This document shows, one piece after another, positions 1-8,046 of a stretch of DNA of 64,000 nt (within the stretch, counting starts at the first letter, position 1; each line of letters begins with the position of its first letter). The translations under genes and the position numbers were made by a program. The stretch is from the sequence record NC_071015.1. One strand, given 5' to 3'. A model generated the notes under the pieces. It made no database searches, had not been told where the DNA came from, and saw only the letters and a list, made by a program, of their open reading frames with translations.

Positions 1-390
1 TTAAGCTATACCTCCATACGTATAAATTTGAAAAAGTGATTCGCCCGGATTACTATCATAATCTCGGCTATGGGCAAGATTATAAAAATCAACCAACAGC
101 TCTTTATGATCCATAATGAAGTCATTGAACTCACACACCAGTTCATGTTTTTCATTATAACTTTCAGCGTCCTTTAAAAGCGTGTCGTACTCGCTCATGG
201 TTTCGCTGAATTTGTTCAACTTCCATTTATAATACGGAAGTGTGAAATATTTAACAATGAGGTCTTTTTTATAGACACATTTGATTTTGTCAAAACACTC
301 TTTGTTATATTTGATAAGCCCAGTGATGGTTTCCAGGGCAATCCCTAAGCGGTAGTCCAAGGGAATTACATTGTCGTTGTAAACGCTCAT
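1..390 (-). CDS. Hypothetical protein (129 aa)
   Basis: ORF in the tightly tiled minus-strand run; its start overlaps the stop of 387..788. No recognisable motif. Confidence 0.7.
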   Translation of the reverse strand: MSVYNDNVIPLDYRLGIALETITGLIKYNKECFDKIKCVYKKDLIVKYFTLPYYKWKLNKFSETMSEYDTLLKDAESYNEKHELVCEFNDFIMDHKELLVDFYNLAHSRDYDSNPGESLFQIYTYGGIA

Positions 391-788
391 TTTACATATC
401 TCTCCCTGACAGTATTAATGATGTCTTGATACGGTTCCAAAATGGCTCTGAATTCCCCATCCAGTCTGTGGATCATTACCTTAGCCGGCAGGCCTCGTTG
501 GTTCTCATAACAGACTTTCATATGGGCCAGATTCCCACACAGCACTTTAAAGACCAGATACCGTCCCACCCCAATAGTGATTTTGGTATAGAGTCTATAC
601 CAAGGAGTGGCTCGATAAGTATCATTATAGAATTTGGTCACACCATCAATCAGATCTTGACATTCCTGTGCCCGATCTTTTACGTGCTTTAATTCTGGAC
701 TCTTGTAATAATTTTCCACGGATCCAAATAAAAACTCAAGTGCTGCTGTGTGTTCCTGACGACTTGCAGGACCAATAGTTACGGCCAT
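387..788 (-). CDS. Hypothetical protein (133 aa)
   Basis: ATG start with upstream AAGGGA; tiles with neighbours. Confidence 0.72.
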   Translation of the reverse strand: MAVTIGPASRQEHTAALEFLFGSVENYYKSPELKHVKDRAQECQDLIDGVTKFYNDTYRATPWYRLYTKITIGVGRYLVFKVLCGNLAHMKVCYENQRGLPAKVMIHRLDGEFRAILEPYQDIINTVRERYVK

Positions 789-800
789 GATATTTCCCTT

Positions 801-1250
801 TTAAGCATTATTAAAAGCGTACTCTAATTTATGTTTACGGTAGCGCCCTTTATTAACATCAGTGAGAGCAAATCCGTAACGAGAAACAAAGATGCGACTG
901 TATTGGTGAAATAACTCTTCCGCCACCGTTACACCTGGTTTCTCTTCCTCTAACAGATCCAGCATGGTGTCAATCAATTTGATTCCTAATCCGCTATTCT
1001 GGTATTCAGGGAGTACCCGAACACAACGGAGTTTGGTTTCATCAAGATCGCGTTTACCCAATGCAATGCCTGTTATAAGATTATTATCTTTGGCAATAAT
1101 TAATTTATCGGTTCCGAGAATCAAGCCTGGAACAACTTTATTGATATACCAGTGTTCAATGTCCGGATAGTATTTATCCAGTGTTCTGATAAAAGGCAGA
1201 ACCGAAAAAGAACTGGTAAGTGAAATAGTGGTTTCTAATTTTATTCCCAT
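801..1250 (-). CDS. GNAT-family N-acetyltransferase
   Basis: Acetyl-CoA-binding motif A: LRCVRVLPEYQNSGLGIKLI (Q-x-x-G-x-G); 149 aa; GAGG upstream. Confidence 0.8.
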   Translation of the reverse strand: MGIKLETTISLTSSFSVLPFIRTLDKYYPDIEHWYINKVVPGLILGTDKLIIAKDNNLITGIALGKRDLDETKLRCVRVLPEYQNSGLGIKLIDTMLDLLEEEKPGVTVAEELFHQYSRIFVSRYGFALTDVNKGRYRKHKLEYAFNNA

Positions 1251-1262
1251 GACTTCCTCGGG

Positions 1263-1272
1263 TAGATAATAT
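1263..1272 (-). promoter_or_regulatory. Putative phage promoter core (ATATTATCTA on minus strand)
   Basis: The same TAGATAATAT word lies upstream of minus-strand units at 7863 and 40293, and GATAATAT at 49486. Confidence 0.5.
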
Positions 1273-1345
1273 CGGTTTAAATCTATATGGGCAAAAGAAT
1301 CGTTTGGATTGATTAATCTCTAAAGTTTCACCTTAAGGTACATAT

Positions 1346-1948
1346 ATGATCATCGTTACAGGCACTAACAGCAAAAAGGTCAATGACCCCGTGTTTCTGT
1401 CTGCTCGAAAATTTATGGAAGAGCGGATCCAGCGACTGGAAGCCCAAGGTCCTAGCGAGGAATTAACCATCGCTAAGGAACGCTATACGGGGCTGACTGC
1501 CAAAGATGTGATTATCGAACCTCCGGTTTCCTTTGACAGTGGTATCATCCGCTGTTGCTTTGTTTCGCGTAAGACAGGATTCTTCCGTGCTGATATCAAA
1601 GTTGAAAAGGTGGATGTTCGTTTAATCTTTAATGAGTTCTCAGTGCCCATTACTGAGTATGACACCGTCGATGATCTGATTGACAGTGTAAAAGTGGATC
1701 AGCAGATAGCCGGTTTAGTATTTATTAAGTCGACGAATAAATACGGAATCGTAATGTCTGTTACAGATGTAACCCCAGATAACGCGCAGCGTATCATGGG
1801 TGATATCTACTGGGATAAAATTGTGACCAATGACATGCCAATGGACCCAGCTGAATATAACTCCGGTGTATTCCGCGTGGAAGCAGTGAACATCGATCCA
1901 TTAGACGGTCAGCTTTTCATTATTGAAGATATCAAAGCTATTCCATAA
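1346..1948 (+). CDS. Stand-alone paralogue of the N-terminal domain of the giant Ig-like repeat protein; probable virion protein
   Basis: 42 of 71 identical residues (manual count) with the giant's N-terminus, including ERYTG and CFVSRKTGF. Confidence 0.85.
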   Translation: MIIVTGTNSKKVNDPVFLSARKFMEERIQRLEAQGPSEELTIAKERYTGLTAKDVIIEPPVSFDSGIIRCCFVSRKTGFFRADIKVEKVDVRLIFNEFSVPITEYDTVDDLIDSVKVDQQIAGLVFIKSTNKYGIVMSVTDVTPDNAQRIMGDIYWDKIVTNDMPMDPAEYNSGVFRVEAVNIDPLDGQLFIIEDIKAIP

Positions 1949-2005
1949 AAAAAAATAAAGCATACTCTCCTACTCTCCCATTTGGGAGAGTAGGAGTTAT
2001 GTATG
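1949..2005. terminator. Bidirectional intrinsic terminator between convergent genes
   Basis: 13-bp perfect stem CTCCTACTCTCCC/GGGAGAGTAGGAG (1967-1979/1984-1996), with an A-tract on the left and TTATGTATGTT on the right. Confidence 0.8.
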
Positions 2006-2479
2006 TTATTCTCGACGCAGGTACTCTAAGACTTCATAAAGTTTACCCGGAGTAACTTTAATTCGTCCGATCTCACGAGACCCTCTTACCTGAAATTGAA
2101 GTTCGTACTGGTTGTTCCAGTAGCCTTCAGAGCAGGTTGAGACACACAGGCGCAAATTGATAAAAGGTCCCCAACCTTCATCCAGGGGGATAACAACCCC
2201 AGGTATGTAAGTTGGAACTTCGATCTTTAATTCGGTTTTGGTAACTTGATTTAAAATCAGGTCTTTCTCATACCGAATAGCACGCTGGCGATCAAGGATA
2301 TCCAGATTGAAGAAATTGTCCGTCTGACCGTGATAGGCAAAGTTCTTCAATACATGGATCAGATGTTTACGAAACGGCTTTACGAATTCATAGTTAATGA
2401 ACTCGCGAAACGATTTCTCCATCCGGCACATCGGTAACTGACCATTCAGATCAGTTTCAGTAATTTCCATTGGCTCCAT
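2006..2479 (-). CDS. Hypothetical protein (157 aa)
   Basis: Tiles with neighbours and ends at the terminator. Confidence 0.7.
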   Translation of the reverse strand: MEPMEITETDLNGQLPMCRMEKSFREFINYEFVKPFRKHLIHVLKNFAYHGQTDNFFNLDILDRQRAIRYEKDLILNQVTKTELKIEVPTYIPGVVIPLDEGWGPFINLRLCVSTCSEGYWNNQYELQFQVRGSREIGRIKVTPGKLYEVLEYLRRE

Positions 2480-2480
2480 G

Positions 2481-2927
2481 TTACCACCCGTATCCCGTCT
2501 TGTCTTCTGCGGTCAGTGTGTCGTACATGTCTTTGTGAGACGATGGCTTCCACTCATAACCCAATTCACTAAAGGCGGGCTTGCGCCCTTTTGGAAGTAC
2601 AACCCAAATGCCGTATTTGCATTTGTTCTGTTCGTACTCCGTTTCCCACCACGATCCGTTTTTAAGCAGATCTGCATAAAGCTCATCCATGCTTTCGTCG
2701 GTTCTGACCCGACATGAGATAGATTCGCCATAAAAATGCATGGTGTTAACAGCACGCAATTTATCAACAAACCCACCAGTGGAAGGCGGAAACATAAACG
2801 CTTGTGCCACATCAGAATGTTGCAGCACATGAGTTTTACGAAACATGAAGAGAGTGTCTTCAAACTTGATCTCTTCTTTGCCTTCTTCTTTTGCCCGATA
2901 GGTCCCAAACAGAAATTTAAGAATCAC
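2481..2927 (-). CDS. Hypothetical protein (148 aa)
   Basis: Upstream AGGAG; tiles with neighbours. Confidence 0.7.
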   Translation of the reverse strand: MILKFLFGTYRAKEEGKEEIKFEDTLFMFRKTHVLQHSDVAQAFMFPPSTGGFVDKLRAVNTMHFYGESISCRVRTDESMDELYADLLKNGSWWETEYEQNKCKYGIWVVLPKGRKPAFSELGYEWKPSSHKDMYDTLTAEDKTGYGW

Positions 2928-2950
2928 CGTCTAACTCCTTGTTCAAAGTG

Positions 2951-3811
2951 TTAACTTGTTGTCTTTGTGGGTGAGTTATTAAACGCCCTCACATGAGCCT
3001 GTTGTTCAACAGGCTCGATCCCGGTTTTGATTAAAGACATTCCCACGGTTGCGGATTTAATAACCTGATGAAGATTGGTCAGGGTATTAACATCACCTTT
3101 ATACTTATTTGATAAAGGCGTGGTTTCCAGCATGGCGGAAAGCTGGCTTCCCCATTCAGGGTTGTACCGTTTGGAGAATCGACTGATATGATCGAAATCT
3201 TCGTTGGAGTAATAGATCTCCGCAGCGATCAGATCATGAGTCATGTCGTAGTTAATCAAAAAGCGAACTTCGTGATCAGGACCAGTTACAATAAGTCCAC
3301 CGATCGGTTGTTCACCTGCGACAGGTAAGCGATCCATGGCAATCAAGAAACGCTCTTGGTTGATAAAGACACTATCAGTCCCATCGGCAACCACGTTGTT
3401 CTTAATGAACGTCCATTTAAACTTTCGCTGACAGATGTCTAAGAAACACCCACCATTATTATGGCGTGCCCAAACTTCCCAATCAATGAGCGGGAGGATG
3501 TCAGCATGAACCATGAAGTCAGCTTTGGGTTTGCCCATTTGCTCGACCATCATTTCATAGACATCATCCGGCAGATGGTGAGTCCAGGTCCCGGTATCTT
3601 TAAACGCACTGTAACGCGGTTCGGTACGGACGATACGAATTTGCGAGGTATCGGACCAGTCGCCTTTGGAATCCAGATTGAGTGCGGTCAATGGGATAGA
3701 CACTTGATGAGGGTATTGATCGCCACCCCCACGTAGAATTACCCGATGCCATTGTCGAAAATAACTGTCTTTATAGAACCAGTCTTTGTTGTTACTTAAC
3801 ATGTCACACAC
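2951..3811 (-). CDS. Hypothetical protein (~283-286 aa)
   Basis: Long ORF in the operon; probable start at MLSNN. Weak N-terminal resemblance to 3804..4250. Confidence 0.75.
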   Translation of the reverse strand: MCDMLSNNKDWFYKDSYFRQWHRVILRGGGDQYPHQVSIPLTALNLDSKGDWSDTSQIRIVRTEPRYSAFKDTGTWTHHLPDDVYEMMVEQMGKPKADFMVHADILPLIDWEVWARHNNGGCFLDICQRKFKWTFIKNNVVADGTDSVFINQERFLIAMDRLPVAGEQPIGGLIVTGPDHEVRFLINYDMTHDLIAAEIYYSNEDFDHISRFSKRYNPEWGSQLSAMLETTPLSNKYKGDVNTLTNLHQVIKSATVGMSLIKTGIEPVEQQAHVRAFNNSPTKTTS

Positions 3812-4250
3812 CTTTATTAAAAAGCGCTGCCTTCAGTTGCTCACCAAATTCAGCACTGCCCAAGGTAACCGCAGGATTAAGTAAGTCTTCCAGACCAGAA
3901 ATACATTCACTGCCTTTCACAATAAACCCTGACGGCAGTGCGGTATGAATGAGGCGAATATCTTTATGAACTAAGATATCCCAAACACGGTAAGGGAGGT
4001 TCTCCAGCATTTCGCGTTCGATATCCAGAGGAAGTTCGCTGTAGTAGCTAACGTCGTCAGGCAGCTGTTGGTGGAAATACTTCACCACGTTAAATTCAGC
4101 CACCTCGTCCCAGTTGCGAGGATACCCTGCAAGCTGAACTGGGGTTAGCATCACTTCGTTCTGATAAGGAACATCCTTTCCGTTGGATAGTAAAAGGATG
4201 CGAGACCACATACCGGTGATGCGGTTATACTTAAACTTAATGTATGACAT
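3804..4250 (-). CDS. Hypothetical protein (148 aa)
   Basis: Upstream GAGG; tiles with neighbours. Confidence 0.72.
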   Translation of the reverse strand: MSYIKFKYNRITGMWSRILLLSNGKDVPYQNEVMLTPVQLAGYPRNWDEVAEFNVVKYFHQQLPDDVSYYSELPLDIEREMLENLPYRVWDILVHKDIRLIHTALPSGFIVKGSECISGLEDLLNPAVTLGSAEFGEQLKAALFNKGV

Positions 4251-4407
4251 TATTGAACCTCTTTCTAAAGTTGTTGAGCAAATTAAGCTCTGGCCCGACT
4301 ACGGCTTTGGTAACAGCGGATAAAACAACATCTTCCACTACAGCTTTAGGTGTGAACGATTTACCCACTACAAAAAGCAGCAGTGAGCGTCGACTCACAC
4401 CTTTCAT
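4237..4407 (-). CDS. Small protein (56 aa) with a twin-arginine-like N-terminus, absent from the ORF track
   Basis: Manual translation MKGVSRRSLLLFVVGKSFTPKAVVEDVVLSAVTKAVVGPELNLLNNFRKRFNNVIH; GGAG 7 nt upstream; ATG abuts the stop of 4408..4764 and fills the gap. Confidence 0.65.
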   Translation of the reverse strand: MKGVSRRSLLLFVVGKSFTPKAVVEDVVLSAVTKAVVGPELNLLNNFRKRFNNVIH

Positions 4408-4764
4408 TTATTTACTCCAGCTAATCACATAGCTTTTTGTTTCAGATTCAATGTCTTTCCAGATCTCTTCGAGCTTCCCGATCGTCATTCCGATCAGTTC
4501 AACTTCTTCTTGCTGGTCAACCTGACGGTATAGTTTTTCCAGCTCAGCAATGATGAATTGAGGATCGGATCCGCGAAGAACAAAATAGTCCGCATCCCAA
4601 TTATCAGATTCCGCTGAGAAGTACTTACGAACAGTATCGTTCATGAATGTCCAGGGAGTACCAAACAGTTTCTCCATGGGTCCTTCAAAATAAGCAAAGG
4701 AAAGAACCTTTACTCCTTCGGTAAACTTTTTGTCTACCGAATGAAGCTGTAAATAATGCGCCAT
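4408..4764 (-). CDS. Hypothetical protein (118 aa)
   Basis: Upstream AAGGA; tiles with neighbours. Confidence 0.72.
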   Translation of the reverse strand: MAHYLQLHSVDKKFTEGVKVLSFAYFEGPMEKLFGTPWTFMNDTVRKYFSAESDNWDADYFVLRGSDPQFIIAELEKLYRQVDQQEEVELIGMTIGKLEEIWKDIESETKSYVISWSK

Positions 4765-4768
4765 GATA

Positions 4769-5212
4769 TTATCCTTTAATTTCTACTTTGCTTGCTAAGA
4801 ATGCATCGGCGGAACACGGAAGAGTATATTCGGTGCCGTCAATAAGAAAGACCGAAGTGAAGCTACCTTTGTCAATCAGGTTACGAACCTGAAGTACCGG
4901 GATATAATGGACCTGACCCTCGATACCGGCAATGTAATACTCAGTGGGTGGGTAGTACGCATTATGAAGAATATCACGGGCCCGATCATAGTCGTTGCCG
5001 ATCTCAATTGCGCTGTTGTCAAACAGATTGAGGTAGACACTTCGATTACGTTGACTAACCGAGCGAATAGATGACGTCAGGATAGTAAAGAACTGACCAT
5101 CCGGATCTTTAAACTCTACGGTATCTTTCATAACAGGTGCGTTCCTTACATCATTTTGAAGCTGAGTAAAATGGGCGAGGTGTGCTAAATCCCAGCGTTT
5201 ACGCTCGGCCAT
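4769..5212 (-). CDS. Protein with two small FlbD/SwrD-like beta domains
   Basis: Segments DPDGQFFTILTSSIRSV...VYLNLFDNSAIEIGNDYDRARDIL and EGQVHYIPVLQVRNL...TSVFLIDGTEYTLPCS resemble the FlbD pattern. Confidence 0.5.
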   Translation of the reverse strand: MAERKRWDLAHLAHFTQLQNDVRNAPVMKDTVEFKDPDGQFFTILTSSIRSVSQRNRSVYLNLFDNSAIEIGNDYDRARDILHNAYYPPTEYYIAGIEGQVHYIPVLQVRNLIDKGSFTSVFLIDGTEYTLPCSADAFLASKVEIKG

Positions 5213-5574
5213 TATCGAGCGCCTTGGATATCATCCGGATTCCAAGAGACCTCACTACTCGGTTGTTTTTCAGGTTTGATGATCGTCCCGCCAGGATTGT
5301 TGATCGTTTTTATCAGCTCACCCAACAGCTGAAGTTTAAGCTTTTCGGTAGCGTGCTGACTTTCCCACAGTTCTCGACGCTTAGCTTCAACCATCTCTAC
5401 CACCTGCTCACGGTTGTAGCCCGCAACCACGAACCCTTCGGTGTGATAAATTTTGGTCTTACCGCCTGCATTGCGTTCTATAGGTTTGACCATCAACGTA
5501 ATAGTGTTAACGTCAATCGTTGCAATGCGACCGTCATCAGTGGTAATTTCAATAAGGCTTGATACGTAATGCAT
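5212..5574 (-). CDS. FlbD/SwrD-like domain protein
   Basis: LIEITTDDGRIATIDVNTITLMV...TKIYHTEGFVVAGYNREQVVEMV; paralogous to both flanking genes. Confidence 0.5.
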   Translation of the reverse strand: MHYVSSLIEITTDDGRIATIDVNTITLMVKPIERNAGGKTKIYHTEGFVVAGYNREQVVEMVEAKRRELWESQHATEKLKLQLLGELIKTINNPGGTIIKPEKQPSSEVSWNPDDIQGAR

Positions 5575-5604
5575 TATTATCTCCAGCGTTATTTCGTTTT
5601 TCTA

Positions 5605-6018
5605 TTAACCCATGTCAACTTGTTTGATCGTTTCTTTGAGTTGAGGGAGTGTCATACGAGTAGGAATTTTAACACCCGAGTTCAATGTTAAAGTTACCAG
5701 CTTATTGGTTTTGCTGATGAAGAAATGGGAGACCGAGTCTTTCGGGATATAACGGGTCCCTCCTTTAATCGGAATCACATAACAGACCCGAATGTCTTGG
5801 TTACGAACATCAGTTATCATGCGTTTTACCGTTTCATAAGGCTCGGCATAATGACATTCATTTCCGTTGTGCAAACCGATGCGCGTATGATCCCCATTAT
5901 AAAAGTTGGATCGATTGTAATGACTGATGGTGTCAGGATCTACAGAACCAGGGACCGTATTTAAACTACCGTCATCGTTGGTGTACAATATGAGGGTCAG
6001 GCTTAGTTCTTTTTTCAT
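5605..6018 (-). CDS. Protein with two FlbD/SwrD-like domains
   Basis: VDPDTISHY...TRIGLHNGNECHYAEPYETVKRMI and GGTRYIPKDSVSHF...TLTLNSGVKIPTRMTLPQLKETI. Confidence 0.5.
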   Translation of the reverse strand: MKKELSLTLILYTNDDGSLNTVPGSVDPDTISHYNRSNFYNGDHTRIGLHNGNECHYAEPYETVKRMITDVRNQDIRVCYVIPIKGGTRYIPKDSVSHFFISKTNKLVTLTLNSGVKIPTRMTLPQLKETIKQVDMG

Positions 6019-6019
6019 C

Positions 6020-6430
6020 TCAAAGTTCCTTCTCTTCCCAGGCCGGTGTCCAGAACCAAGGGCGATGAATCAACTCACCGTTGTGTCCAATTTGTTTGGT
6101 GATCTCTTTCAGGACAATCTTTAAATCCCCCTGACTGTTCACTCCCGCACCTTGAACAACGGCCAGACGAATACGGCGTTTGATCATCATGATCTCCGGT
6201 TCAATTTCCGGATTGGCTTCCTGAAACAGATCCAGCCAGGCAACAGCATCAGCACGATCGGCGGTGAAGCGGAACGTGTGTTCACCACCCGTATGTGGAC
6301 AACCGTATGCGGGGATTAGACTTAACAGGTCATCAGCAGTTCCACGCCCGTACCACAGGTTGTGCAGTGCTTTGGGCATTTTGGAAAAAGCATGATGGCA
6401 GGGGGCAGAAAGGTCGAGTGTAACTTTCAT
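6020..6430 (-). CDS. Hypothetical protein (136 aa)
   Basis: Tiles exactly between neighbours. Confidence 0.7.
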   Translation of the reverse strand: MKVTLDLSAPCHHAFSKMPKALHNLWYGRGTADDLLSLIPAYGCPHTGGEHTFRFTADRADAVAWLDLFQEANPEIEPEIMMIKRRIRLAVVQGAGVNSQGDLKIVLKEITKQIGHNGELIHRPWFWTPAWEEKEL

Positions 6431-6901
6431 TTACTGTCCTTGTTTAACAAAGTTAGAATGGATCCCGTTAACTACAGTGCTGTCGTCTAACAGAATTTCT
6501 GCCAACGGACCTTTGCCGTACTGAATGACTTTGATCAGACCGTACGTGTAATCGCTTGGGACATCTGTTCCCTGACCTACCTGATAGATAGTGTCACCGC
6601 TGCGAATCATCAGATACTCACCGCGTGTGCTTTGGTTATCGTCCGTTAAGACATTCACCTCGCTGACATCCAGTTTGATGTTCTTCTCGGGATTTTGCCC
6701 GATCTTACCGAACTGGTAGAAGATGTTGGTGTTCCATTGGCAGACCAGCACTTCTTTCTTATGGTTGGTGGTTTGACCGTAGAACAATACGTCACCCGGT
6801 GCACAGCGATCTCCAACCAGCTCCAGCGGATCGGTAGCAGCATTGCCACTGAAAGATAATACGCTGGTCATAATAGCAAATGCGATCAATACGTTTTTCA
6901 T
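6431..6901 (-). CDS. Exported (periplasmic) protein with Sec-type signal peptide
   Basis: Start re-called at MKNVLIAFAIMTSVLSFSGNA (AGGAG 7 nt upstream); two Cys; FYQFGKIGQNPE motif. Confidence 0.7.
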   Translation of the reverse strand: MKNVLIAFAIMTSVLSFSGNAATDPLELVGDRCAPGDVLFYGQTTNHKKEVLVCQWNTNIFYQFGKIGQNPEKNIKLDVSEVNVLTDDNQSTRGEYLMIRSGDTIYQVGQGTDVPSDYTYGLIKVIQYGKGPLAEILLDDSTVVNGIHSNFVKQGQ

Positions 6902-6905
6902 GGTC

Positions 6906-7208
6906 TTACTCCTGACATTCATAAACTTGTTTAATACGGGTCACAGATTTCTTGGTAGGATTAAAACTACCTTGATACCAGCGAGATTCGGAAGTCAACA
7001 CTTTGCCGGGGACGGCTTCACTTTGCGGCATGGTAACTTCAAAGCAGCTTTCACCCCACTTATCAGATAACCACTTGCTGGGGCTTAACGTAATGCGTTC
7101 CAGCTTGTTACAAACCTCTACCCGACATAACTTAGTCGGTTGGGTGTTCACTTCCGCTTGTGCCTGTACAGCGATAAATATACCCATCCCTAAAAACAAC
7201 TTCTTCAT
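6906..7208 (-). CDS. Exported small Cys-containing protein
   Basis: Start re-called at MKKLFLGMGIFIAVQAQA (A-Q-A signal peptidase site); four Cys in the mature part. Confidence 0.7.
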   Translation of the reverse strand: MKKLFLGMGIFIAVQAQAEVNTQPTKLCRVEVCNKLERITLSPSKWLSDKWGESCFEVTMPQSEAVPGKVLTSESRWYQGSFNPTKKSVTRIKQVYECQE

Positions 7209-7209
7209 T

Positions 7210-7824
7210 TTACTCTGCCTTATAAATAGGTAATTTAGCAATGTCACCACGTCGATGAATGGTGGCATCAATTTGTTTTAAACCATCACGGGTACGGATA
7301 ATGAATTTACCGTCACGGAAATCTTTAACAATGATTCCGTCAACAATTCCTTTGGTACCGGTCATTAATGCTTCTTCAGCATTAAGGGTAAACTCTTTAC
7401 CATTGTATTTTTCAGCTTGACGCTTGGTTACCCCGACTTGTTCCATAAAGTCATTGACCTTACGGGCTGATGATTCCAGGTTCTTTTTATACTTATGTTC
7501 GACTTCTTCAATAGAACCTTCGCTACGAAAACGTGTGGCGTGGAACAGGAACGTTGAACTGTCATAACACAAACGAATAAAATCAGAAGTGAGCGGCATG
7601 CGCACATTCGCAGAGGCATTGGCCCCACGAGAGATGACAGTAACCGGAACATCAAAAGAACGTAAGATGTCAGCGACAGTGAGCATCATGTTAACTGACC
7701 CGCCTTGACCAAACAACTGAACAACGAACGGACCAGGACGACTCCTGTCTAACTGCTCATAAAACTTTTCAATGGTATCTTTAGTAAACCCGCCATTTAA
7801 AACAATCACATTAATACCAGCCAC
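7210..7824 (-). CDS. ClpP-like (S14) serine protease subunit
   Basis: ClpP landmarks: GQGGSV (cf. SPGGSV), GANASA with the nucleophile Ser, FLFHA with the catalytic His, LNAEEAL; GTG start with GAGGA upstream. Confidence 0.75.
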   Translation of the reverse strand: MAGINVIVLNGGFTKDTIEKFYEQLDRSRPGPFVVQLFGQGGSVNMMLTVADILRSFDVPVTVISRGANASANVRMPLTSDFIRLCYDSSTFLFHATRFRSEGSIEEVEHKYKKNLESSARKVNDFMEQVGVTKRQAEKYNGKEFTLNAEEALMTGTKGIVDGIIVKDFRDGKFIIRTRDGLKQIDATIHRRGDIAKLPIYKAE

Positions 7825-7862
7825 AATTAAATCCTCTAAAGTAGAATGTTTGGTTCATCAAC

Positions 7863-7885
7863 TAGATAATATTTGCCCAAAAAGA
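7863..7885 (-). promoter_or_regulatory. Putative phage promoter; exact 21-bp repeat shared with 49486..49506
   Basis: GATAATATTTGCCCAAAAAGA at 7865-7885 is identical to 49486-49506; both lie 40-55 bp upstream of the first gene of a minus-strand unit. Confidence 0.6.
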
Positions 7886-8046
7886 AATAGACATTAAGGA
7901 AGGTTACTACGTAACCGCTATTTAAACAAACTCCCCTACCCTAACCTACCGGTTACTTCAATAAACTAAATAATAGACTACCCATTAAGAATTTATTTGA
8001 GTCAGTATTATTAGCTTAACAATTATCATAACCGGGATTTCCAAAC

